Source: Methylococcales bacterium
GTDB taxonomy: Bacteria; Pseudomonadota; Gammaproteobacteria; Methylococcales; Methylomonadaceae
NCBI GenBank assembly: GCA_026398935.1
Contig: JAPLRW010000271.1
Coordinates: 1,132 to 65,131, forward strand
Reading direction: 5' to 3'
DNA: 64,000 bases
Positions 1 to 9,288 of the stretch are shown one piece after another. The notes beneath the pieces are model-generated. The model did not search any database and was not told the DNA's origin. It saw only the letters and a program-made list of their open reading frames with translations. A program made the translations under genes and the position numbers. Within the stretch, counting starts at the first letter, position 1. Each line of letters begins with the position of its first letter.

Positions 1-506
1 CCTGTCGTTTTCTTGAGTCATACTAAAATAAAGAACATCATTTAGTATAGATGCGCCCACCACAAGAGAATAAAACAGACACCTTTCTTAAATATAAAAG
101 CTGTATTTTATGGCGATACTGTAGCGGCGACCCTGTGTGGTTGCCCTTATATCTAACGGCGTATTTGTATAAAGGGCAATCACTCAGGATTGCCTCCCTA
201 CAACTTACTGCCATTTAGCACGGTGCGGCGCTCTAACTTTATTTAGGAAAAATGTCTATTTAGCTACCCCCCTTTCTTTACGGTATATTTTAAAATAATG
301 CGCTATTTTCACGGGTACGCGACTGCATCACTAATAGCCTAGCCACTCAAAAATCTTGTCACATCACTCTTGAAATCATTCAGCTAATTATTTATCGGTA
401 GCTGTAGATTTTAGACGCATTTTTAAATGTATATGCTATTGGATGTATTTCGATAGTTGTGTAATAGGATTTTCGATTTTTTGAACTTATCCTGCAGACC
501 TACGCT

Positions 507-2197
507 ATGTCATTAATAAATTTCTTTACAAAAAGTTCATTCAGATCCAGCCGTATGCCTGTATTATTCACAGCGTCATTGCTGGTTAGCCTAACAAGTA
601 AGACCAGTAATAGCCTCGTATTAATGTTAGAAAATGTTTCATTAATATTACTACTGCTGCTCATTATTTATTATTTGTATAGCCATTATAATAAGCGCAC
701 CCGCTTACCCCTTAATTATTGCACATTTTTTTACCTCGCCTTTATTGTCTGGGCGAGTTTTTCGGTATTGTGGTCTAGCGCACAAGCCACTAGCCTGTTG
801 ACCTTGATGCCGTTCATCGGTGGCTTACTCGCACTTGTCGTTGCTTACACCTATTCAGCCGAACAAACCAAAATACAAATGCAACTCCTGTTGCTACTGG
901 CATTTTTGTTGTCGATATTGACGCTATACCAAGCGCTCATCTTAAAAATTAACCGTCCCGCTGGCTTGTTTCTGGATTGGAATACCCATGCGGCTTTTTT
1001 AACGATGGTGCTTTTACCTTTATGTGGACAATTTTTAATCGTCCAAAAACAGCAATATAACAGCCTTTTTATGGGTATCTGCTGCGGTCTGTTATGTGTT
1101 GCCATTAACCTGACGCTCAGTCGTGGTGCATTTTTATCTCTGTTACTTGGCTTAATACTGATCAGCACCTTGGCGTTGCGTTATAAAATGTCAATCGCCA
1201 GTCTTTTAAAACTGTACGCCATTTTAGCCACAGGGTTCTTACTCGGTGAGTGGCTTAATTATTGCTATTTTTGGGCTTTGTCATCAGCTTAATCCTTTGC
1301 TTACTTAAGCTGTTAAAGCTAGCATCCGACGGTAAATTTTCGGCAACGCATTTTTACAATTATGCCTTACTGTCTGCTTGTATTGGAATGCTAGTGCATT
1401 CAACCGTTAATTTCAATTTGTATCAGTTACCTATTCAAATTTTGTTGGGACTATACGCGGGATGCGCCTTAAATTATATTTACGCCGAGCAATCATCTTT
1501 TATTCCAGCACAAATAATGACCGCTAAGCGCTATTACAGTATTGTTTCAGGCTTTAGTTTGCCAGCAGTGTTGCTACTTGGCTCCCTTTTGTTTGCTTTA
1601 GTAAATGCCAATAAAGCTCAAAACACCAGCAATCCAGCCGATAAATTAGATTATGCGTGGAGAGCACAACTGTTTTTGCCTTTTTTTGATACCTTTGATT
1701 ATCAAAAAAGCCTACAGTTAACAGAATTGCTCAAAAAAGCGGATATATCACTAGCAGATAAACAAGAAATCAATGCGATGGCCGGGGATTTAATTGACCA
1801 GGCCATTTATAAGTCCTCACTTAATCCACTTAACTATGTTGCAAAAGCAGAGTTATTAAGAGCTGCTGATTCTCAACAGATCAATAACAGCCAAATTAAG
1901 CGTAATTATCAACATGCACTTATGCTTACGCCAGATTCTTTAAAAATTCGTGATGATTTTGCAACTTATTTATATGAACACCAACAAAGTGAACAAGCGT
2001 TGACTATACTTTGGGGTGCGTGGGGACGTTACAGTGCAGGCTTATACCAAAATGGTATTATTTTTTTGACGCATCAATTACAAGTAAATCAACAAGTAGG
2101 AAAGACGGAGGATAGCCCTAAAATTGAGCGCGAAATTAACAAATTGCTGGAATTAAAAAAAATCAGCGACGGCGGCGAGTTTATCCTTGAACGGTAA
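507..2197 (+). pseudogene. O-antigen-ligase / Wzy_C-like polytopic membrane protein with C-terminal helical-repeat (TPR-like) tail, split by a 1-nt frameshift
   Basis: ORFs 507..1292 and 1262..2197 are adjacent frames of one gene. The N-part has many TM helices and LSRGAFLSLLLGLIL, an O-antigen-ligase-type motif. The C-part has more TM helices, then a soluble repeat-like tail. The frames fuse (..NYCYF-LGFVISL..) if the T5 run at 1268-1272 is read as T6. Confidence 0.55.
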
Positions 2198-2324
2198 ACC
2201 TAAAAATCAGATGAGGTTTAGGCTAACGGTCTAAACAAAAATAGATGCCAAGTCGGCTCGTCATTTAACGAAAACAGCCACACCGCATTAGCGGCAAGCA
2301 AATTAAACAAGCACGAGGTTTATA

Positions 2325-3740
2325 ATGGCTAAAATAGGACAGCTAAAGGAACACGCCAGTCTATTGGTTTTTATTGTTAAACTGTTAGATTGGTTAATTA
2401 TTTGTGGCGGTGGTTGGCTAGGGTTCTTAGTGTTAGAACCGTTTAAAACCTTTCCAGACTATACAGGTTTATTGCCACCGAATTATTTAACCGCTATCAG
2501 TTTAGGTTTTGTTTTTAGCGCATGGTGGTTTCCGGTATTTAACGTGTATAAGCGCTGGCGTGGCGAAAGCATTTATGAAGAGATTCGTACCCTGTTTTTT
2601 AGCTGGGCATCCGCCATGTTGGGAGTACTGGTGTTTATCGTCTTTACCAAAACCTCGGTCGCTTTCTCTCGGCATTGGCTCGCCGCCTGGTTTGCATTAG
2701 CCTTTGCGGGGTTAGTGCTTTTCCGTATCATATTAAGATTAACATTGCGTTATTTGCGACAAAATGGTTTTAACCAGCGGTATATTGTGTTGGTTGGCGA
2801 TGGTAGGCTTAGTCGACAAATTGCCGAAAAAATCGCCTCATCTACTTGGTTAGGATTAAATATCGTTGGTTTTTTTAGTGACACGGTGCAAGTACAGTCC
2901 GTTAGTGGCCTAAAAAAATTGGGCTCACTCGCTGAAATGGCTGCATACGTGGAAAAAAACGCCATTGACCAAGTGTGGATCACGCTGCCGTTAAAAGAAA
3001 TAGACGTGATCGAAAAGCTTTGTCACCAATTACATACCGTTGCGACCAATGTCCTCATGGTGCCGGATATGTCTAGCTTACGCTTGCTAAACCAATCTGT
3101 TACACAAATTGATGGTATTCCTATTATCAACATGTCTGTTTCACCAATGCAAAGCGGTAACCTTATCGGCAAATGGATAGAAGATAAGCTGCTGTCTCTG
3201 CTGATTTTGTTATTGATTAGTCCTTTGCTGGTATTGATTAGTCTTGCCGTTAAGCTAACCTCTCAAGGGCCGGTATTTTATAGCCAGGAACGTATCAGTT
3301 GGAATGGTAAGCGCTTTAAGATGTTAAAGTTTCGAACCTTGGCGGTTGATGCCGATAATCAAAAAGGCGCGCCTGTCTGGGGCGGGGCACGCAGTAAACA
3401 AGCGACACCAATAGGGCATTTTTTACGCAAAACCAGTATGGATGAGTTGCCGCAATTTATTAATGTGCTGAAAGGCGACATGTCGATTGTTGGCCCAAGA
3501 CCAGAACGCACGGTATTTGTCGATCAATTTAAATATGAAATTGATTGTTACATGAAAAAACATTTAGTAAAAGCTGGCATTACCGGATGGGCGCAAATCA
3601 ATGGCTTGCGTGGCGATACTTGTATAAAAACCAGAGTAGACTACGATTTGTATTATATTGAACATTGGTCGCTGTGGTTTGATTTGAAGATTATTTTGCT
3701 AACGTTGTGCAAAGGGTTTGTGCATGACAATGCATATTGA
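2325..3740 (+). CDS. undecaprenyl-phosphate hexose-1-phosphate transferase (WcaJ/exopolysaccharide polyprenyl glycosylphosphotransferase family, initiating enzyme)
   Basis: 471 aa. N-terminal TM helices are followed by a central soluble domain and a C-terminal bacterial sugar-transferase block (MDELPQFINVLKGDMSIVGPRPER, GITGWAQINGLRG). Confidence 0.85.
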   Translation: MAKIGQLKEHASLLVFIVKLLDWLIICGGGWLGFLVLEPFKTFPDYTGLLPPNYLTAISLGFVFSAWWFPVFNVYKRWRGESIYEEIRTLFFSWASAMLGVLVFIVFTKTSVAFSRHWLAAWFALAFAGLVLFRIILRLTLRYLRQNGFNQRYIVLVGDGRLSRQIAEKIASSTWLGLNIVGFFSDTVQVQSVSGLKKLGSLAEMAAYVEKNAIDQVWITLPLKEIDVIEKLCHQLHTVATNVLMVPDMSSLRLLNQSVTQIDGIPIINMSVSPMQSGNLIGKWIEDKLLSLLILLLISPLLVLISLAVKLTSQGPVFYSQERISWNGKRFKMLKFRTLAVDADNQKGAPVWGGARSKQATPIGHFLRKTSMDELPQFINVLKGDMSIVGPRPERTVFVDQFKYEIDCYMKKHLVKAGITGWAQINGLRGDTCIKTRVDYDLYYIEHWSLWFDLKIILLTLCKGFVHDNAY

Positions 3741-3891
3741 CCACCATGAGCTTAGCGTCATTTTAGCTGACGGATTTGGTACATAGATTGGCAAAATACG
3801 CTGTTTAGACTGGAAACCTGTGCATAACGTCGATTGAGAAAATATCGATACACACCTGTGGCAGAGTGATTGCCCATAATTATTAATACTT

Positions 3892-5271
3892 ATGAAAGGA
3901 AATACTGTGCAAGCAATGGCTAATCGTTTAGGTATTGACCGTGCAGTGTTTTATACATTACTCGCGAGGTCTTGGTCTGTCGGTGTAGGACTGTTAACGA
4001 TCTACTGTATTAGCCATTTTTTGTCCCCAACCCTTCAGGGCTATTACTACACCTTCAATAGCCTTATTGCACTACAAATATTTGTTGAACTGGGGCTTAA
4101 TTTCGCTATCGTACAGTTTGCTAGCCATGAAATGATTCATCTTTCTTGGCAATCGGATGGCACTATCGGTGGCTCGGAACTTGCAAAACGGCGATTACAG
4201 TCGCTTATAGGCTTTGGTCTGACGTGGTTTGGTATTGCGGCGTTATTAATGATGGGGTTTTTAATACCGATAGGAATGGTTTTTTTCGACAGAACGGCGG
4301 AGACAGGCATTACATCGACTGAAATATATTTACCTTGGACACTGTTGGTCATATTTACGGCACTAAACTTAATAGGCAGTAGTGTCGTTGCATTGATTGA
4401 AGGATGTGGTCAGATAGCTCAAGTGGCTATCCTGAAACTGTTACAATCGATTTTAACGGGGACGGTTGTATTACTGTCTTTAAGCCAAGGGCTTGGATTG
4501 TACGCTTTGGTCGGTAATAGTGCTGTGTTGCTCGCTATAACGCTTGTCTGGCTGGCAGGTAACTATCGGTGGTTTTTAATTGATCTGCTGAAGCATCGTT
4601 CCAAATTGCCAGGCATGAGTTGGCGGCATGAAATATGGCCATTTCATTGGCGAATTGCCCTAAGCTGGATGAGCGGTTATTTTATCTTCAATCTTTTCAA
4701 TCCGTTACTATTTGCCACCCATGGATCGAAGCTTGCTGGGCAAATGGGTATTAGCCTACAAATTATTTCAACGCTGAATGGGACTGCACTGGTTTGGATA
4801 AACACTAAAGCACCTATATTCGGTCAACTAATCGCGAAACGACAACCCAAGCAGCTCGATGCCTTATTTTTTAGAGCACTTTTTATATCGATGATTGCAT
4901 TAAGCATAACGCTACTTATTATTGGATGCGTACTTTGGTATCTTGATACGATCGGGTCAGTCTTTGTGCAACGGTTACTCCCACTACCTCTTTTAGGAGG
5001 GCTTGCTTTAGTATGCCTTGCAAATCATATTGTTTTTGCAGAGGCATCATATCTGCGTGCTCATAAGCAAGAGCCATTTATGGCGCTGTCTATCGCAAGT
5101 GGTATCGTTACGGCTTGTCTTGCTCTACTATTGGTGCCTATTTATGGGGCAGAGGGAGCTGTCGCAGCTTATGCTTCTACTGCCATAGTGATCGGATTGT
5201 TTGGTGGTACGGCAGTCTTTTTAAGAAAACGTCGCCAGTGGTGGCCAGAAACAATAAACATCGTCCCTTAA
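3892..5271 (+). CDS. Wzx-like oligosaccharide/polysaccharide flippase (MOP superfamily-like multi-pass membrane protein)
   Basis: 459 aa with roughly 12-14 predicted TM helices. It sits between the initiating transferase and the glycosyltransferases. The start could also be the Met at 3916. Confidence 0.55.
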   Translation: MKGNTVQAMANRLGIDRAVFYTLLARSWSVGVGLLTIYCISHFLSPTLQGYYYTFNSLIALQIFVELGLNFAIVQFASHEMIHLSWQSDGTIGGSELAKRRLQSLIGFGLTWFGIAALLMMGFLIPIGMVFFDRTAETGITSTEIYLPWTLLVIFTALNLIGSSVVALIEGCGQIAQVAILKLLQSILTGTVVLLSLSQGLGLYALVGNSAVLLAITLVWLAGNYRWFLIDLLKHRSKLPGMSWRHEIWPFHWRIALSWMSGYFIFNLFNPLLFATHGSKLAGQMGISLQIISTLNGTALVWINTKAPIFGQLIAKRQPKQLDALFFRALFISMIALSITLLIIGCVLWYLDTIGSVFVQRLLPLPLLGGLALVCLANHIVFAEASYLRAHKQEPFMALSIASGIVTACLALLLVPIYGAEGAVAAYASTAIVIGLFGGTAVFLRKRRQWWPETINIVP

Positions 5272-5346
5272 ACTATTATCGTACGGGATAATTAATGAAA
5301 AACGATCCCTTTATTGATATAACTATACTGCAATAGGTCTATATAA

Positions 5347-6123
5347 ATGAGCTTGAGTGTTTTCATACCCACTTATAATTGTGGGCAGTATATTAGAGAA
5401 ACAATTGAATCTGTTTTATTGCAATCGATACCGTTGTTAAAAATTATCGTTGTAGACAATTATTCAACGGACAATACAGAAGAGATAGTGTCCAACTATA
5501 CTGAAAAAGGCGTCAGCTACATAAAACATCCCGTCAATATTGGAGGGATACCTAATCACAATTTTTGTTTAGATATGGCGGATACAGAATATCTAAAGTT
5601 ATTATCTGCTGACGATGTTTTATTGCCTGGAATTCTGGCGCTACAGCTAAACGCTTTAAAGAATAATCCAGAGTGTGGTATTGCAACGTGTAATTATCTC
5701 ATTACTGACTCAACTTTACACGTTACAGCCCATTCAAAAATTTTACAAGGCAAGGTCAAAGGAGCACATGTTATTAAAACGTGTGCTACTAAAGTAAAAA
5801 ATCTTATTGGCGGCCCTTCAATGGCAATGCTGCGCCGTGACGCTATTGGAGAAAGACGATTTAATTCCAATTTTAAATGGACTAGCGACTTGTTATTTTT
5901 TTGCGACATTTTACAACACTCAACCTTAATAAACGTTGGTGTTAATGGTGTATTGTATAGACGACATAATCAAACTGATTCTGATTTAATGTGTATAAAA
6001 TCTATTCGGCTTCATGATGAAATGTACTTTGTAAATAACTTCTCGAAAAGAAAAGTCGAACCTTATTTAAGATTGTTAAAAAGATATGGATTTGACTATA
6101 TTTCCAAAATTACTGAACCTTAA
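5347..6123 (+). CDS. family 2 glycosyltransferase
   Basis: N-terminus LSVFIPTYNCGQYIRETIESVLLQ..VVDNYSTDNT and a later SADD(V) DxD-like motif are classic GT2 (GT-A) signatures. The gene is AT-rich. Confidence 0.8.
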   Translation: MSLSVFIPTYNCGQYIRETIESVLLQSIPLLKIIVVDNYSTDNTEEIVSNYTEKGVSYIKHPVNIGGIPNHNFCLDMADTEYLKLLSADDVLLPGILALQLNALKNNPECGIATCNYLITDSTLHVTAHSKILQGKVKGAHVIKTCATKVKNLIGGPSMAMLRRDAIGERRFNSNFKWTSDLLFFCDILQHSTLINVGVNGVLYRRHNQTDSDLMCIKSIRLHDEMYFVNNFSKRKVEPYLRLLKRYGFDYISKITEP

Positions 6124-6156
6124 TTCATAAAATTTATTTTTAAAGCGTATTAGACA

Positions 6157-7029
6157 ATGGCCCATTCAACATCAAATAAAGCTGATATTATAGTTAGCCT
6201 AATAATGGCTACTTATCATAGGAAAGAAGAGGTGGCCTGTTTTATTAAAAGCCTAGTCGTTCAAGATTTTGATATTAAAAAAATAGAATTAATTATTGTT
6301 GACCAAAATAGTGATGGATTGCTTGATATTATCGTAGCAGAGTATCAGTCACAATTAAAAATCATACACATTAAATCTACAACGCTTGGACTCAGCCTTA
6401 ATAGAAATATTGGTATAAAAAGCGCTAAAGGTAGTATTCTTTGCTTTCCAGACGATGATTGTACGTATTATCCGAATACATTAGCAGAGGTTCATAGATT
6501 ATTTTTAGAAAATGATCGAGTGACTACTCTTCTAGGTCAGATTATTGATGTTAATGGTCATAAAATCATTAGAAAATGGCCTGACAATACTGTGAAATTA
6601 TCAAGCATGAATTTCTTTACTTTATATTCTTCAATTACTGTTTTTACAAAATGCAAGAACACTTATTTTGATGTTCGCCTAGGGATTGGTAATAAATTTG
6701 GTTCTTATGAAGACGCTGATTATATTTTGTCACTGCTGAGAGAAAATCCCGGCGCAATGTATTATTATCCCAATATAAAAGTGTCTCATCCCCCCTTGAA
6801 TATTAAAACCATGTCGCCTGAGAAAGTAGTGAACTATGGCCTCGGTTTTGGTGCATTTTGTAAAAAAAATATATCCTTTTATATTTTTACATTATACCTA
6901 AAAGTAATAATATATCATGTGCTTATGATGCTGCTGGCTGTTTTAAAAATGGATTCAGTAGAATTAAAAAAGCGCTATTTGTCTACCACATCAAGGATAA
7001 AAGGTTTCTTAGTTTTTCAAGATGATTGA
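6157..7029 (+). CDS. family 2 glycosyltransferase
   Basis: IVSLIMATYHRKEEV..IIVDQNSDG and FPDDDC (DxD) match the GT2 fold pattern. A hydrophobic C-terminal helix is present. The gene is AT-rich. Confidence 0.75.
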   Translation: MAHSTSNKADIIVSLIMATYHRKEEVACFIKSLVVQDFDIKKIELIIVDQNSDGLLDIIVAEYQSQLKIIHIKSTTLGLSLNRNIGIKSAKGSILCFPDDDCTYYPNTLAEVHRLFLENDRVTTLLGQIIDVNGHKIIRKWPDNTVKLSSMNFFTLYSSITVFTKCKNTYFDVRLGIGNKFGSYEDADYILSLLRENPGAMYYYPNIKVSHPPLNIKTMSPEKVVNYGLGFGAFCKKNISFYIFTLYLKVIIYHVLMMLLAVLKMDSVELKKRYLSTTSRIKGFLVFQDD

Positions 7030-7075
7030 TATAGATAGCATCTGTTATGCACACCTATGAAATGTAAGCCAACTG

Positions 7076-8011
7076 ATGGTTATTTATAATACAGCCTCTA
7101 TTATGCCGCGTCCTTCCATCAATGTTTTTATTCCAACATATAATGCCGAACTGTTTATTGCTACACTGCTGACTAGCATTAAAAGCAGCCCTTATAACGT
7201 TTATATTTTAGTCATTGATTCCTCTTCCTCTGATGATACTGTCAATATTGTTCGGCAATACGCTGCCGAAATCATCGTTATTCCACAATCTGATTTTAAT
7301 CATGGTGCAACAAGGGAGTTTGCACGAAAAAAATACCCGCATGATATTACCGTTTTTTTAACCCAAGATGCGCTGCCAACTTCAACTGATTTAATTGAAA
7401 AATTGGTTGCACCATTGATAGCCGATAAAACCATTGCAGTCAGCTATGGTCGCCAAATTCCGCAGGATAACGCGGATATATTTGAAGCGTTCCCACGTGA
7501 GTATAATTATGGCGTAGAGGCTCAAGTACGTAGCATCGGTGACGTTAATCAATTTGGTGTATATACTTTTTTTTGTTCCAACAGTTGTGCTGCTTATAGA
7601 AACTCAGCGCTTGATGAAGTGGGTGGTTTTAAACGTGTATTAACCAATGAAGATTATTTCGCGGTTGCTGATTTGCTACAGAAGGGCTACAAAATTGCTT
7701 ATGTTCCCGATGCCGTTGTTATACATTCTCACCGCTATACCTTATGGCAGGAGTTTCAACGCTATTTTGATACGGGGTATGTTAGAGCGGAATATCCGAT
7801 TATTCAACAATTAGTCGGGCAGGCAGAGAAAAGAGGTATGGGATTTGTAACGGCTTTAATTAAAAAGCTATGGATAGAACGGCCAAGATTAATCCCTTAT
7901 GCAATAGGTCAATCTCTTATAAAGTGGTTAGGGTATAGGGTAGGTTTTTATGGCAAAAAGTTACCTTTATGGCTAAAAAAGCAATTAAGTCAGCAACATT
8001 ATTATTGGTAA
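7076..8011 (+). CDS. family 2 glycosyltransferase (rhamnosyltransferase-like)
   Basis: INVFIPTYNAELFI..VIDSSSSDDT and FLTQDALP motifs. The more likely start is the Met at 7103 (MPRPSINVF..). Confidence 0.75.
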   Translation: MVIYNTASIMPRPSINVFIPTYNAELFIATLLTSIKSSPYNVYILVIDSSSSDDTVNIVRQYAAEIIVIPQSDFNHGATREFARKKYPHDITVFLTQDALPTSTDLIEKLVAPLIADKTIAVSYGRQIPQDNADIFEAFPREYNYGVEAQVRSIGDVNQFGVYTFFCSNSCAAYRNSALDEVGGFKRVLTNEDYFAVADLLQKGYKIAYVPDAVVIHSHRYTLWQEFQRYFDTGYVRAEYPIIQQLVGQAEKRGMGFVTALIKKLWIERPRLIPYAIGQSLIKWLGYRVGFYGKKLPLWLKKQLSQQHYYW

Positions 8012-8216
8012 TCAACAGTTAATCCATCCGGTTATTTGGCGGATAAAAATTAACATCGAACGACACTTTGCATGATTCACTATTGAATTTGTATTATCGT
8101 TGTCTACACTTTACAGTGATTCGATGGCTGCATTTTGTGAGGGTGGATTTTTCGTTCTCTCATTATTCAGCACCTAAAACAACCCTTTATTCATTACTTT
8201 AATTAACATTAATACT

Positions 8217-8981
8217 ATGCATAGCATTACACGCGTCAAAGCAGGTCTTATTCATTTTTGCTTAAGCCTTACGATCTTTTCAATTATTTTTTTTATATTA
8301 TTTACGCTTTGGTATCCCGAGCCTTACTTTACGGCTTCAGGTGGATGGCAAGGGCTGAAAATAGCCGCGGCTATCGACGTTGTGTTGGGGCCATTGTTAA
8401 CTTTGATTATTTTTAATCCTCAAAAATCAGCACGCGTGTTGAGTATGGATTTAGCTGTGATTGCCTTTTTCCAAACAGCAGCATTAGTTTGGGGGATTTT
8501 TACAATTTATCAACAGCGCCCAGTGGCGGTGGTATTTTGGGAAGATAGCTTTATGACGGTTGCCGCAATAGATCTAAACCGCTATAACTATCCGCTTGAG
8601 CAGTTACAGCAGCTTAGTAAACTTAACCCTCCACTTATTTACGTCGAAAAACCTAAAGATGTTGAGGGGTTAAAGCAGTTGTTATCCAAAATACAAGACA
8701 GTGAAATACCCCCGCACCACCAGACGGATCTCTATCGGCCGTTAGTTGAGCATTTTGCTGAAATCGCATCACAGCAATTACCGATTGATAAGGCGCTTGA
8801 GCATACGCCCACTTTACGCCCGCAACTGGATAAATTACTGAGCGAGTCTAAGCATACTGTGTATGAATTACAGTATTACCTATTAAAAGCCAAGTACCAC
8901 GATATTATCCTAGCTTTTACACCAGCGGGTGAGTTGGTTGGACACTTAACACCTCCGCAAAAATCGCTGCCAGTAGATTAA
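8217..8981 (+). CDS. membrane protein resembling type IV pilin accessory proteins (FimB/TfpZ-like); function uncertain
   Basis: 254 aa. Three N-terminal TM helices carry WYPEPYF..GG and VVLGPLLTLIIFNPQK, followed by QQRPVAVVFWEDSF. I recall this pattern from pilin-accessory (FimB-like) proteins. The family assignment is from memory only. Confidence 0.45.
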   Translation: MHSITRVKAGLIHFCLSLTIFSIIFFILFTLWYPEPYFTASGGWQGLKIAAAIDVVLGPLLTLIIFNPQKSARVLSMDLAVIAFFQTAALVWGIFTIYQQRPVAVVFWEDSFMTVAAIDLNRYNYPLEQLQQLSKLNPPLIYVEKPKDVEGLKQLLSKIQDSEIPPHHQTDLYRPLVEHFAEIASQQLPIDKALEHTPTLRPQLDKLLSESKHTVYELQYYLLKAKYHDIILAFTPAGELVGHLTPPQKSLPVD

Positions 8982-9288
8982 CGGGGTTGATTACTATCTT
9001 GAAGAGAGGCTAGGCGATCGACTCGACTCAAGGCGCATTCAACTTGAACAGCGCATGACCATCAAATTAGGGACGTTGATGGTCATCGCCGTCAGTGCCG
9101 TGGCAACGTTAGTTAAGGTTTTATAATCTGTTGGCACTTCACCTATTGGATATGCATTCCACTTCGCTCGAAAAAAACCTCCCTCTTTACCATTCTCACA
9201 ACGTGATGCACAAAATACCCCTTAATTTATCGTTATAAGCCGCGCAGTTGATGGTAGAATTGAACCTTTGGGTTTATTGTCGAGAAAC

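Noticed and set aside
1-21. A possible gene start on the minus strand (ATGACTCAAGAAAACGACAGG, MTQENDR..) running off the left edge.
   Set aside because: Only 7 codons are visible. That is too short to support a call or a function.
397-406. GGTAGCTGTA upstream of the glycan cluster, reminiscent of the first half of the JUMPstart element found upstream of polysaccharide operons.
   Set aside because: The diagnostic ops core (GGCGGTAG) is not present nearby. The nearest look-alike is GTAGCGGCG at about 120-130. A 10-mer recalled from memory is not enough to call an RfaH-dependent element.
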